NCBI GenBank assembly: GCA_027622555.1
Contig: JAQBYJ010000001.1
Location: 10,108-74,107, forward strand
Source of the DNA: Verrucomicrobiota bacterium
Lineage (GTDB): Bacteria; Verrucomicrobiota; Verrucomicrobiia; Opitutales; UBA2995
Length of the DNA: 64,000 nt
Direction of reading: 5' to 3'
Both the position numbers and the translations under genes were made by a program. This document shows, one piece after another, positions 29,591 through 39,557 of this stretch (its first letter is position 1; every line of letters begins with the position of its first letter). Under the pieces are notes generated by a model. That model saw only the letters and a program-made list of their open reading frames with translations, searched no databases and was not told where the DNA came from.

Positions 29591-30967
29591 TTATTTGCGT
29601 CCGGGCATTCCGTTTATGAAGCCGATGGAAGTTCGTTCCATACTGCTAACGACACCTTTAGCTTTTCTTGAAAGAAGTGCGTGAAAGATCAAAGCGGGAA
29701 TAGCCACAATCAAACCAAACTCAGTTGTGATCAAAGCTTCGGAAATACCAGTCGAGAGTGATTTTGCATCACCTGTGCCAAAAATAGTAATCAATTGAAA
29801 CGTTTTGATCATACCCGTCACTGTTCCAAGTAGTCCAAGTAGTGGCGCAGTTGCGGCTGTTACCGCAATGAAAGGTAGAAAACGTTCCAAACGAGGCTGC
29901 GCTTCGATAAGCTTTTGAAAAAGTACTTCTTCAACATGCCCTTTGTCACGGTCGTAGTTTTCAACCGCTGCTTTGAGCAAAGCGCCGACAGGTCCTTTAA
30001 TCTTTTGGGCATATTGTAGTGCTTCTTCCGGTTTTCCTTGGCTGAGTGCTTCCATAATGAAAGCAAGGTCCTTAGGCCGTGCACGGCGAACGCCTGAGAT
30101 TTCGATAAATTTAAAAATAGCAATCAAAAGAGCGAGGCCTGCCATACCTAAAATGAAGTACATCGTGCGACCACCTTTCTTAATAACTTCTAACACAGTA
30201 TCACGAGCGGCGAGGATTTGAATGGCAGCTCCCAAAGTAGAATCTAGAACGATTTGGCCTGATTGAGATTGGGCGTAGCTGGCAATCACAGCGTCAGTTA
30301 ATTCACCAGTGCTCACAACCGACGGCTGTGATGAACCAAATTCAAGATTAGCAAGTCCGGCCACATTGTCTTCTGGCCGGGTGTAATAGACCACTGGTCC
30401 AATCATTGAATAGGTTCCGTCCTTTAGTAACCCGCCCGGAATTACTCCTTTTCCTTTAAATTGATGGCCACCTATAAGATTTTCCATACGCGAAACGGCG
30501 GTATCGATAACTTCAAGCTGTGTGGCAAATCGTTCAGCAGCCGACAAGTTAATGTCTTCGGTTGTAAGTTTGGCGTTTTCAACCAGTTTTGAATAAAGTT
30601 GCAGCTCGCTAATGTGAAGGCGATTGTCAAAGGCGCGAATGAACTCACCCATAAGGCTGGTGATATAAGCATTGAGATCGTTCAGGGATTTGACCTCGTT
30701 TTGCAATGAACTTAAATCACGGTCTGTGTTATCCCTACGGCGGAGAATTCGGTCCAATTCAGATCTCAGACCAAATGCAACGTCTTTCAATTGGCTTTCC
30801 TGAGCCTGTAACGGCTGACGTTCTTTGACAGTTTGTTCTTTAAGAGTTTCCAGCTGATTAATGGAAGCTGTAATATCTTCTTTTACAGAAACGGCCACTT
30901 GTTCGAAGGTCTGCCCCTGAAGTGCAGTTAATCCAATTAGGAGGAATGAGGCGATGAGTTTTTTCAT
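29591..30967 (-). CDS. TtpC-like long MotA/TolQ/ExbB family protein, second copy
   Basis: 458 aa with signal peptide MKKLIASFLLIGLTALQG. C-terminal channel is nearly identical to copy 1 (RFLPFIAVTAATAPLLGLLGTVTGMIKTFQLITIFGTGDAKSLSTGISEALITTEFGLIVAIP). Confidence 0.8.
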   Translation of the reverse strand: MKKLIASFLLIGLTALQGQTFEQVAVSVKEDITASINQLETLKEQTVKERQPLQAQESQLKDVAFGLRSELDRILRRRDNTDRDLSSLQNEVKSLNDLNAYITSLMGEFIRAFDNRLHISELQLYSKLVENAKLTTEDINLSAAERFATQLEVIDTAVSRMENLIGGHQFKGKGVIPGGLLKDGTYSMIGPVVYYTRPEDNVAGLANLEFGSSQPSVVSTGELTDAVIASYAQSQSGQIVLDSTLGAAIQILAARDTVLEVIKKGGRTMYFILGMAGLALLIAIFKFIEISGVRRARPKDLAFIMEALSQGKPEEALQYAQKIKGPVGALLKAAVENYDRDKGHVEEVLFQKLIEAQPRLERFLPFIAVTAATAPLLGLLGTVTGMIKTFQLITIFGTGDAKSLSTGISEALITTEFGLIVAIPALIFHALLSRKAKGVVSSMERTSIGFINGMPGRK

Positions 30968-31006
30968 GCGAGAAAGAGTGAGTAAATTTATCTGATTGGA
31001 TGTGGA

Positions 31007-31774
31007 CTAATTACCTACAGGGAGAACCACAAACTCTGCCGGAATGTCATTTTGATATACTTTGATAGCTTTTGAGACCGATTCGACCAGAGAATCATCT
31101 TTTGTCCAGGTCCATCCGGATTCCGTATTAACTGACCCAACCCCCGCTACGCCTTGTTCCACATTCACGTAGTAAGCGTGAGCCAACCCTATGTAAATAA
31201 CTTGGACAGTGATATCTATCCCGTTTTCTTTGCGGCCTTCGCTCATTACATGTATGGCACCATTGAAGACCTCAAGTTGGTCGAGCAAAGAAACGATATT
31301 GAGCATACGTTCTCCTAAGCTGGCACGAATTCTACTTTCAGGAGTATTTCTGTCGGGAATCCGACCGATCAAACTTTCCAGCTTACTTTTAAGGTCGGCC
31401 GGAAGTGCGTTGACTAACTTAAGAATACGCTCTTCTAAACTCCGAATCACTGTCGCGATTACTGCTGAAGCTTCCTTTAATTCCTCAATTTCGCCGTTGA
31501 GGCGGATGCGATCCCTTTCAGCTTGGGTTGATTCAGCCTCAGTTGCTTCAATCCTGGTTTCAAGAAGTTCAATCTCAAGATTAAGAAGATCGATTGTATC
31601 GAGTAAGGATTGCTTTCCCACACGCCAGAGAGCTTGTTCATCAGCAATTTTTTGGCGAGAATTCACGAGTTCTTGGAACACGTTTCGGGTTTCCTCTAGT
31701 TGATTTTGTCCCCAGCTAAACGTTGTAAAGCTGGCTAAGGTAATTGTTGCTATCGCGAGTAATTTCCTGGTCAT
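31007..31774 (-). CDS. DUF3450-like periplasmic coiled-coil protein, second copy
   Basis: 255 aa with signal peptide and coiled coil. The C-terminus matches copy 1 (GLAHAYYVNVEQGVAGVGS..GWTW). Confidence 0.65.
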   Translation of the reverse strand: MTRKLLAIATITLASFTTFSWGQNQLEETRNVFQELVNSRQKIADEQALWRVGKQSLLDTIDLLNLEIELLETRIEATEAESTQAERDRIRLNGEIEELKEASAVIATVIRSLEERILKLVNALPADLKSKLESLIGRIPDRNTPESRIRASLGERMLNIVSLLDQLEVFNGAIHVMSEGRKENGIDITVQVIYIGLAHAYYVNVEQGVAGVGSVNTESGWTWTKDDSLVESVSKAIKVYQNDIPAEFVVLPVGN

Positions 31775-32265
31775 AAGAAGTGAAAAAAAATCGAAGGTAA
31801 GTAAAAACCCATTCGATGTATAGATTTTTTTAAAGAAAAATAATGAACAAATATTGAGCTTAAATTATCCTTAATGTTCAATAAGTAATTATGCAGTTAA
31901 ATTGGGATAGTGTGCGGGATTTAGCCCGAATCGAGAAATCGATTTTTGTTCAAGTCGGGCTTCTGAATGAAATTGAGGCGTATGGTAAAAAGAGAAAGCT
32001 GAGCTTTTAGCAAGGATCATCTTTAACTGACAAAATAAATAATGGTTAACCCCTATATCATGGTGCGGATTAGCGATAAGTTAAGCGGTGTTGAAAATAA
32101 ATTCCCATTGGTCTTGGAACTTGGTTATGATCCATTACACGATTAACCCTTACAATATCTTAATGAGTTGTCAGGATTTATTATAAGTAATCATTTGTAA
32201 GCTCTGGGACTATCCAACCTTCTTATTTTTAATTCAATACATTGCCACCACCTCTAGAAAGACCC

Positions 32266-33015
32266 ATGGAAAACGATATTCAAACTGCCATCATAGTTCC
32301 AGCAAGACTTGCCAGCACAAGGTTTCCAAGAAAGTTGCTTCATCCCATTCAAGGAAGAAGCCTAATTATGCACGTCGCAGAACGAATTAGTACTCAGACT
32401 CCCGACATCCCACTAATTTTTGCCGTGGATGACCCAGAACTTGAAAAAGAAATTCTAGAAAACGGTTTCAAATGCATAATGACATCTACAACTCATTCTA
32501 GCGGAACTGATCGTATTGCTGAAGCGAACCGGGAAATTGGGGCAAAATATGTAGTTAACATCCAAGGAGATGAGCCTCTGGTTACGGCGGATCAGATTCG
32601 TAAGCTAATACAAATGGTTGAAAGAGGAGCTTTAATGAGCACCTTGGCGACAGTATTTTTGAATCCCGAGGATTTCGCCGATCCCAATCAAGTGAAGGTA
32701 GTGTTAAACCAGAACAGCCAAGCACTCTATTTTTCACGATCTCCCCTCCCCTTTTTTAGAGAAAAAAGCGGGAAGCCAAGTAACAACGACCTGAGTCACC
32801 ATCTCTGTTATCGCCATTTGGGCATGTACGCTTATGAAGCAGAATTTCTGCAGAAGTTCTCATTAATGCCCAAGGGTCGACTGGAAGAATTAGAAAAGCT
32901 GGAACAGCTTCGAGTTTTGGAAAATGGATACTCAATTGAAGTTGATATTACCTCTGACCCATCGATCGGAATCGATACCAGCTCAGATTCAGAGCGGTTC
33001 GAAGAATTGCTTTAG
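32266..33015 (+). CDS. kdsB: 3-deoxy-manno-octulosonate cytidylyltransferase (CMP-Kdo synthetase)
   Basis: [40 protein letters not shown] at 32266; the track starts at a TTG at 32242. Confidence 0.9.
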   Translation: MENDIQTAIIVPARLASTRFPRKLLHPIQGRSLIMHVAERISTQTPDIPLIFAVDDPELEKEILENGFKCIMTSTTHSSGTDRIAEANREIGAKYVVNIQGDEPLVTADQIRKLIQMVERGALMSTLATVFLNPEDFADPNQVKVVLNQNSQALYFSRSPLPFFREKSGKPSNNDLSHHLCYRHLGMYAYEAEFLQKFSLMPKGRLEELEKLEQLRVLENGYSIEVDITSDPSIGIDTSSDSERFEELL

Positions 33016-34166
33016 CTAAGCTTGGAAACCAGCTGGTAAAAATCATCAAAAAGCGGATCCGAATCATGAGGGCCAGGAGAAGCTTCCGGATGATATTGAA
33101 CAGAAAAAACGGGAAGATCCTTATGTCGTAAGCCTTCGACCGTTTCGTCGTTCAAATTTATCTCTGTAACAATGGCGCCGCGATTTTCCAAATCTTCCTT
33201 AGTGGAAGCAAACCCGTGATTTTGGGAAGTGATTGAGACTTTACCGGTCTCAAGGTTTTTCACCGGTTGATTTCCACCCCGATGCCCGAATTTCAGTTTA
33301 AATGTTTCAGCTCCCAAGGCATGGGTAAGCATCTGATGACCCAGGCAAATCCCAAACGTAGGTAATACTTCAATCAACTTTGCAACTGTCTTATGAACGT
33401 AGGTCACCGCCGCTGGATCACCCGGACCATTGGATAAAAAAAGTCCGGTGGGGTTACGCTCCAAAACTTCCTCCGCAGAGGTGGATGCTGGAACAACTTC
33501 CACTTCAAAACCGTGGTATCTAAGTTTGCGGTAGATATTATACTTCGCGCCCAAATCAAATGCCACTATACGGAACTGGGGTCTTTCCAAAACCGGCGGC
33601 TCAAGCAATGTACCCGGGACAGTGAATGGAGTTTTTTCCAATCCTTCTGAATCCCAGAAAAATGCCTCCTTGCAGGTCACCTCTTTTACATAATCCGCGC
33701 CAACCAATCCACCCCAGGTTCTGGCCTTTTCAACCGCTTCTTCGTCGGAGATATCTTCAGTCGATATGCACGATTTCAGCGCACCATGTACACGAAGCCG
33801 CTTGGTAATGGTTCGCGTGTCTACTCCAGATACTCCCGGAATTCCATTTCGAGCCAAATAAGCGTCCAAACTCTCTTTGCTTTGCCAATTGCTGGTCACG
33901 GGACTGAGATCCCTTACAACAAATCCAGCAACTTTTGGTCCCGAGGATTCTTCATCTCCCGGATTGATCCCATAGTTACCTATCTGGGGAGTTGTCATTG
34001 TGACGATTTGTCCGTAATAGGATGGATCAGTAAGGATCTCCTGGTAACCAGTCATACTGGTGTTGAACACCCCTTCTCCCAGCACAGTTTTTTGTGCGCC
34101 AAATGATATTCCCCGAAAGACGCTGCCGTCTTCGAAAGCTAAAACACCGGTCCTCTTTTTTGACAT
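33012..34166 (-). CDS. carA: carbamoyl-phosphate synthase small (glutaminase) subunit
   Basis: 384 aa. [45 protein letters not shown]. Confidence 0.95.
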   Translation of the reverse strand: MSKKRTGVLAFEDGSVFRGISFGAQKTVLGEGVFNTSMTGYQEILTDPSYYGQIVTMTTPQIGNYGINPGDEESSGPKVAGFVVRDLSPVTSNWQSKESLDAYLARNGIPGVSGVDTRTITKRLRVHGALKSCISTEDISDEEAVEKARTWGGLVGADYVKEVTCKEAFFWDSEGLEKTPFTVPGTLLEPPVLERPQFRIVAFDLGAKYNIYRKLRYHGFEVEVVPASTSAEEVLERNPTGLFLSNGPGDPAAVTYVHKTVAKLIEVLPTFGICLGHQMLTHALGAETFKLKFGHRGGNQPVKNLETGKVSITSQNHGFASTKEDLENRGAIVTEINLNDETVEGLRHKDLPVFSVQYHPEASPGPHDSDPLFDDFYQLVSKLS

Positions 34167-34293
34167 TAGCGCTCTAGCAAAAGGGCTGATGTAAGGTCTG
34201 CAATCAATTTCTCACTAACAGGCTTAGTTTTGTTTAACATTATTTTTTAGAAGGCTTGCCCAGCTATCGAATAAATAGAATATCTCAACATTT

Positions 34294-35475
34294 ATGGCTC
34301 AAACACACCAATCTCAACCCTGGTTTAGCGGACAAGGACTTTGGGTAGATACTCCATCCGACCAATGGAATAATTGGAGCTGGCAACTGCGTAATAGGAT
34401 AACATCAAAGGAACAACTCGAATCCTACATGACCTTGACTGAGGCCGAAGATGAAGGCTGTGAATACGCCAGCAAGAAACTGGCCCTCGCGATAACTCCC
34501 TATTTTTTCAATCTCATTGATCGAGAAGACAAAGATTGCCCCATTCGTAAACAGCTCATTCCTCAAAAAAATGAGATGACAGTGGCACCTTGGGAAACCC
34601 TCGATCCTCTTGCGGAAGATAGTCACCTGGTGGTTCCCGGTTTGGTGCACCGCTATCCTGATAGGGCATTATTTTTAGTAACTGATCGTTGCGCCGCTTA
34701 TTGCCGTTACTGCACTCGAAGCAGGTTGGTAAGCAACAGCCAGGGATACGACTTTTATCCACAAATCGAACAAGCATTTGAATACTTAGAAAAAACGCCG
34801 CAAATCCGTGATGTGCTTATAAGCGGCGGAGACCCACTTCTTCTATCAGACAAAAAAATCGATTATTTGCTGAGCAGACTCAAAGCGATCAAGCACATAG
34901 AATTTGTCAGAATTGGATCCCGAATTCCTGTTTTTCTGCCTCAACGAATAACTCCCGAACTGTGTGAGATATTTTTAAAGCACGAACCCCTTTGGATGAG
35001 TATTCACGTAAACCATCCGAGAGAATGCACCGAGGAACTGAAGGAGGCAACTGGAAGGCTGGCTCGTGCAGGCGTCCCGTTAGGCAACCAATCAGTATTA
35101 CTAAAAGGAGTGAATGATGAGGTGGATATCATGAAAGATCTCGTTCATCGCTTACTGCAAATGAGAGTACGACCGTATTATTTGTACCAACTCGACGCCA
35201 TCACCGGAAGTAGTCACTTCAAAGTAGATATAAAAAAAGGTATTGAAATTATTCAGGGTCTGCGAGGCCATACAACCGGATACGCGATTCCGCAATACGT
35301 CATAGATGCTCCCCAAGGAGGTGGAAAAATTCCAATCAACCCAGATTACGTGGAGTGTATCAACGATGACGAAATCGTTTTGCGAAATTTCGAAGGTAAA
35401 ATATTCCGATATTCTACAGGTACTCTGCCCCAAAAAGGGCAAAATACATCTTACCCAACGGAATTGTACGCCTAA
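34294..35475 (+). CDS. KamA family radical SAM protein (lysine 2,3-aminomutase-like)
   Basis: 393 aa. CAAYCRYCTRS radical-SAM cluster, ISGGDPL, and a PLP-lysine region typical of KamA/EpmB. No ablB, epmA or efp neighbour to fix its role. Confidence 0.8.
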   Translation: MAQTHQSQPWFSGQGLWVDTPSDQWNNWSWQLRNRITSKEQLESYMTLTEAEDEGCEYASKKLALAITPYFFNLIDREDKDCPIRKQLIPQKNEMTVAPWETLDPLAEDSHLVVPGLVHRYPDRALFLVTDRCAAYCRYCTRSRLVSNSQGYDFYPQIEQAFEYLEKTPQIRDVLISGGDPLLLSDKKIDYLLSRLKAIKHIEFVRIGSRIPVFLPQRITPELCEIFLKHEPLWMSIHVNHPRECTEELKEATGRLARAGVPLGNQSVLLKGVNDEVDIMKDLVHRLLQMRVRPYYLYQLDAITGSSHFKVDIKKGIEIIQGLRGHTTGYAIPQYVIDAPQGGGKIPINPDYVECINDDEIVLRNFEGKIFRYSTGTLPQKGQNTSYPTELYA

Positions 35476-35740
35476 ATTCCAAGGCTGACTTATTGGATTT
35501 AGCATACCCGGAGTTTTTCAGATTGAGAGCCCAAGCTCAAATTACCCTATGATAAGGCTATTTTGTGTATTAATTCCCTCAAAGGCTTGTTCACGCTCAA
35601 TTAAGCCGAACCCATAAATAACGAATTAAACACAAAAATTAAGTGTTTCTATATTTTTTTATTAATGTTTTTACTTGATCTATAATTTTTTCTCTTAATT
35701 ATGAGTTGTAAATTAAATGATAAACCAAAAAGAATGCTTT

Positions 35741-35992
35741 ATGAAACTGCTCACCTTATTCACCGCACTTCTACTTTGTGCAAATCTTACGCTTTTAAGT
35801 AAAATTGCCGAACCAGTTGATCTAAGCACGGTTCACATATTTTCGTCAGCATCATCAAATCGTTCAGAGGAGAGCGAACCTTCAGGCTACCAATTTGCCA
35901 CACACGCACTTGAATCATCAACCTATGGCGTCATTGGCGCCACCTTCTTAGGGATCATGGTTCTTGTTCGTCGCCGAGATTTAAGCTCCTAG
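35741..35992 (+). CDS. small secreted protein with a PEP-CTERM-like sorting signal
   Basis: Signal peptide MKLLTLFTALLLCANL. The C-terminus ESSTYGVIGATFLGIMVLVRRR matches the PEP-CTERM architecture (degenerate PEP, then TM, then Arg cluster). Confidence 0.6.
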   Translation: MKLLTLFTALLLCANLTLLSKIAEPVDLSTVHIFSSASSNRSEESEPSGYQFATHALESSTYGVIGATFLGIMVLVRRRDLSS

Positions 35993-36016
35993 ATCATCTC
36001 AGCGTCGAATTCATAA

Positions 36017-36052
36017 CAAAAAACGTAGCCACAACTCGGGCTACGTTTTTTT
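36017..36052. terminator. bidirectional rho-independent terminator
   Basis: caaaaaACGTAGCCacaactcGGGCTACGTttttttg: 8-bp stem, A5 upstream, T7 downstream, between convergent genes. Confidence 0.8.
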
Positions 36053-36060
36053 GTGCTCAA

Positions 36061-37089
36061 TTACACAAAGTAGTTCGCTACGAGGAAAGTTAGATAAATC
36101 CCAAGAAGAATACCGCCAAACAGACGACTTAGATGCGTCTTACAAACAACGATTCCTACTCGAAAAACAATTAGAAGCCCCAACATGACCGGAAAGTGAA
36201 TTGTGAAAAAGTCCGGAGGAACTTCCAACCCGCCAGTTGTAACTGCCGCTGCTGCCCCGGCTACAAAAAGGACATTTAAGATATCGGCCCCAATAATGTT
36301 ACCGATAGCCAACTCCCCCTGCCCCTTTTTAATGGAGCTCATAACAGTAACCAATTCAGGAAGCGATGTCCCAAAGGCGACTAAAGACGCTGCAATAACA
36401 CTCTCGGGAACATTCAACCGATAAGCGAGCTCCTCAGCGCAAACAATCAATACTTTGGAGGAGAGAATGACAGCTCCTATAGCCGCTCCCATAATGATCA
36501 GATCCTTGCTTATGGTCTGCCAAGTTAAAACGTTATCAGCCCCGTTAGACTCCCGATTCTCGGCCTTCATTGCAGCAAGATAGCTCCAGAAAAAGTATGC
36601 TACCAACAACATCAGAAAAATAAATCCACCGATTCGAGGTAACTGTCCTCCGGTATCGAAGATCCGATTAATATGCGAAAACGGTAAGCAAAACAGTATT
36701 AAAAGAATTCCAGACCCCAACTGAATCCAACCTTGTCGATTTACAACCCGTCGGTCCAACGGAAGTGGCTTAAGCAAAGCTCCTAATCCCAATATCAAGC
36801 CAGTATCGCAAATGATAGATCCGACAGCATTCCCCAAAGCAAGACCTGCATTACCCTCAATAGCAGCTAAAACAGAAACGGAGGCCTCGGGCAGTGTGGT
36901 TCCCAAACTAACAATGGTTGCTCCAATGAGAGCCTTTGGAATTCCAGCGGTATGAGAGATCTCCACCGCCTTATCGACAAGTGAGTCAGCACCTTTGGCT
37001 AGGATGAAAAGCATCACTGCTAAAATGCCCAACAGGATCAGCGTAGATCGCTCGGCAACAAACTCGTGGAGAAAAGATTCCATGTGCAT
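36061..37089 (-). CDS. Ca2+/Na+ antiporter (CaCA family, YrbG-like)
   Basis: 342 aa, about 10 TM helices. Two alpha-repeats: GTTLPEASVSVLAA..GNAVGSIICDTGLILG and GTSLPELVTVM..GNIIGADILNVLFV. Confidence 0.85.
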   Translation of the reverse strand: MHMESFLHEFVAERSTLILLGILAVMLFILAKGADSLVDKAVEISHTAGIPKALIGATIVSLGTTLPEASVSVLAAIEGNAGLALGNAVGSIICDTGLILGLGALLKPLPLDRRVVNRQGWIQLGSGILLILFCLPFSHINRIFDTGGQLPRIGGFIFLMLLVAYFFWSYLAAMKAENRESNGADNVLTWQTISKDLIIMGAAIGAVILSSKVLIVCAEELAYRLNVPESVIAASLVAFGTSLPELVTVMSSIKKGQGELAIGNIIGADILNVLFVAGAAAAVTTGGLEVPPDFFTIHFPVMLGLLIVFRVGIVVCKTHLSRLFGGILLGIYLTFLVANYFV

Positions 37090-37156
37090 AAAAAAAACTC
37101 TACCTAGGGGCAGAGAATTGAAACTCTCTTTCTTGGAAATTCTCCATTAAATTAAA

Positions 37157-37232
37157 TGGAGCGGGCGATGAGATTCGAACTCACGACCCCAACCTTGGCA
37201 AGGTTGTGCTCTACCAACTGAGCTACGCCCGC
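37157..37232 (-). tRNA. tRNA-Gly (GCC), CCA encoded
   Basis: Minus strand GCGGGCGTAGCTCAGTTGGTAGAGCACAACCTTGCCAAGGTTGGGGTCGTGAGTTCGAATCTCATCGCCCGCTCCA. Canonical cloverleaf. Confidence 0.95.
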
Positions 37233-37260
37233 AAAAAAGAAGTTGCCGAGTAAGCGAAAA

Positions 37261-38145
37261 TTAAAAATCCAAGTCAAACTCTAAAAGAACCTGTTTTTGT
37301 ATGTTTTGTGGGACATCGATCAAGCCGGCAATACGAAGGGAATTGACCCGATTTTTCTCGAAGAAATCCCGAACAAACGCTCGAACACCTGGATCACTTG
37401 AATCCCGAACAACCAGGTATAACGTGGTCTTCAAAGAATAGTCTCCGAAAAACAAATTTTCACCCGATGGAGGAAACCCGACATTTTGATTATCTTCAAT
37501 TAAAGACAAAGCACGCAGACCTCTACCGGGTTCGGGAAGACGCGACATAACAACAAGATTTGAGGCTCCTGCAAGATAAGGATTATCAAGCTGATCACCT
37601 AACGAAGAAAAGTTTTGTGGATTTTCGTTTTCGAAAAATCGATTCAATAAGATGGGATAAGAGGGATCGGTTCCGCGAATGTCGAAGGATACAAAAATCA
37701 ATCGATTGGCCCATTTCGGATGTTCGGGAAGTAGCGATCCCCATTCCGATTTCAATCCATCTTTGGTCCTTTGGAGAATATCGGAGAGTTTGGATGTGGG
37801 TACTTCATTCAGAGGGTTTTCTTCCTGAACAGCAAAATAAACTCCCCAGAATCCAAGAGGGATTGTTGTCAATCCTTCCATTGCCGGATAACCTTCAGCT
37901 GTTTGCAGAACGAAGGCTACGTCGGCAAAATTTTCTTGAAGTTTGATGAGTCCGATTAAACTGCCAGTCATATGGTAGTGGAAGGAATGGGTCCCCATTT
38001 TCTCTTCTGAGTTTGGAGCTTCCCCCATCGCATTGCCCGCGAAGTTACTACCAACAATCCTCACAGGATTTGCATTTAAGGAAATCACACCCAGACACCC
38101 TGTCAGGAAAACAGACCTGAGTATGTATTTGAAGAAACAATTCAT
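37261..38145 (-). CDS. secreted periplasmic-binding-protein-like (PstS/PBP-like) protein
   Basis: Signal peptide from the ATG at 38145 (MNCFFKYILRSVFLTGCLGVISLNA); the track ORF start at 38199 would overlap the regulator gene. Two-lobe PBP-like pattern. Function unknown. Confidence 0.5.
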   Translation of the reverse strand: MNCFFKYILRSVFLTGCLGVISLNANPVRIVGSNFAGNAMGEAPNSEEKMGTHSFHYHMTGSLIGLIKLQENFADVAFVLQTAEGYPAMEGLTTIPLGFWGVYFAVQEENPLNEVPTSKLSDILQRTKDGLKSEWGSLLPEHPKWANRLIFVSFDIRGTDPSYPILLNRFFENENPQNFSSLGDQLDNPYLAGASNLVVMSRLPEPGRGLRALSLIEDNQNVGFPPSGENLFFGDYSLKTTLYLVVRDSSDPGVRAFVRDFFEKNRVNSLRIAGLIDVPQNIQKQVLLEFDLDF

Positions 38146-38152
38146 AAGACGA

Positions 38153-39526
38153 TCAGGATCCTGCTTTCCCCGTGGTATCCAACTCCGGCCATTGAACAAG
38201 TTTTCGATGGAGTGTTCTGCGAGAGATCCCCATCAATGCAGCAGCCTTTGTTCGGTTACCTTTAACTTGAGTCAGTGCTTTGCGCAAAAGATGTTTTTCA
38301 TTCTCCTCAACCGAAAGGTTCGATTGAACACCTTCAGTATGCACCATGACTGGAGCGCCTTCCCTGAACCTGTTGTCGAGATCGTATTCGGTAATGATTC
38401 CTCCTCGGTGTAAAACTACGGTATTCTCAGCAAAATTTCTCAGCTCCCGAATATTTCCAGGCCATTTGTACTCCTGCAAAACGTGAACCGCACTGGTGTC
38501 AAGTTGAGGTAATGGAACTCCATTTTCTTTCGCATAAAATTTGAGGAAATGATTTAGCAACAAGGGAATATCATCTTTTCTTTCACGCAAGGGCGGTAAG
38601 AAAATGGGCACTACGTTTAACCGGTAGTACAAATCTTCCCGAAACTCTCCTTTCTCAACCATATCCTTAAGATTTTGATTCGTCGCACAAACGAGACGGG
38701 TATCAACAGAAATAGGCTTGATGCTGCCGACACGCTCAAACGTTTTTGTTTCAAGAAAACGAAGAAGCTTAATCTGGATAGAGGCATCAATCTCTCCAAT
38801 CTCATCTAAAAATAAGGTGCCGTCGTTGGAGGCTTCGAAACGCCCAATGCGTTTTTCAACGGCTCCGGTAAATGCACCCTTTTCATGGCCAAACAATTCG
38901 CTTTCGAGGAGATTGGATGAGAGCGCTGCACAATTCACCGCAATAAACGGCTTTCTGGAACGATCACTATTTTGATGAATGGCCTGAGCAATTAACTCTT
39001 TCCCAGTTCCTGTTTCACCTTCCAACAAAACAGTTGCCCTGGAAGGTGCTACCAACTTTACCCGATCAATAACCGCAGCCAGGGCAGCTGAATTTCCAAC
39101 CAGCCCCTTGAAACTGAACTTCGTGTCCAAACGCTGATGAAGCTCGTGGTTTTCGGTTTCAATTTTCCGTGAGTTTAGCGCCCGTTTTATCAAAATTTCG
39201 AGCCGCTCCAAGTTCACCGGTTTTGTAAGAAAATCAAAGGCGCCGCGCCTCATTGCCTCAACGGCTGTCTCGACATTCCCATAGGCCGTCATCATAATGC
39301 ATACGGGCTTTTTCGGTAATGTAAGCGCGTAATCAATAACCTTAAGGCCGGATTTCCCCGACATTCGTAAGTCAGTGAGTACGACATCGAATGGTTCACT
39401 GTCCATGAGATTAAATGCCTGATCCGCATCACTCGCCAAGTATACATCGTAGGTATCCTCCAGAGCGAATTGCAGGCCTTCCCGCGTGTGTTTTTCATCA
39501 TCTACTATGAGAATGGAAGCAGGCAT
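38153..39526 (-). CDS. sigma-54-dependent response regulator (NtrC/Fis family)
   Basis: 457 aa. Receiver domain (ILIVDDE, DVVLTDLRMSG), AAA+ domain (GETGTGKE, ESELFGHEKGAFTGA, GTLFLDEI), C-terminal Fis HTH (AAALMGISRRTLHRKL). Confidence 0.92.
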   Translation of the reverse strand: MPASILIVDDEKHTREGLQFALEDTYDVYLASDADQAFNLMDSEPFDVVLTDLRMSGKSGLKVIDYALTLPKKPVCIMMTAYGNVETAVEAMRRGAFDFLTKPVNLERLEILIKRALNSRKIETENHELHQRLDTKFSFKGLVGNSAALAAVIDRVKLVAPSRATVLLEGETGTGKELIAQAIHQNSDRSRKPFIAVNCAALSSNLLESELFGHEKGAFTGAVEKRIGRFEASNDGTLFLDEIGEIDASIQIKLLRFLETKTFERVGSIKPISVDTRLVCATNQNLKDMVEKGEFREDLYYRLNVVPIFLPPLRERKDDIPLLLNHFLKFYAKENGVPLPQLDTSAVHVLQEYKWPGNIRELRNFAENTVVLHRGGIITEYDLDNRFREGAPVMVHTEGVQSNLSVEENEKHLLRKALTQVKGNRTKAAALMGISRRTLHRKLVQWPELDTTGKAGS

Positions 39527-39557
39527 AAGTAATAATTCTACGTGCGGATTGAACCGT

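Noticed and set aside
31209-31703. 164-aa plus-strand ORF rich in Ser/Leu/Arg
   Set aside because: It lies entirely antisense to the DUF3450-like coiled-coil gene. Coiled-coil codon periodicity (GAA/CTT/AAG) commonly leaves the opposite strand open, and no start context or motifs are present.
31891-32010. 39-codon ATG ORF (MQLNWDSVRDLARIEKSIFVQVGLLNEIEAYGKKRKLSF) in the long AT-rich gap
   Set aside because: It has no RBS and no recognisable features, and it spans the inverted repeat. It is more likely chance in AT-rich DNA. It is kept only as a note under the intergenic finding.
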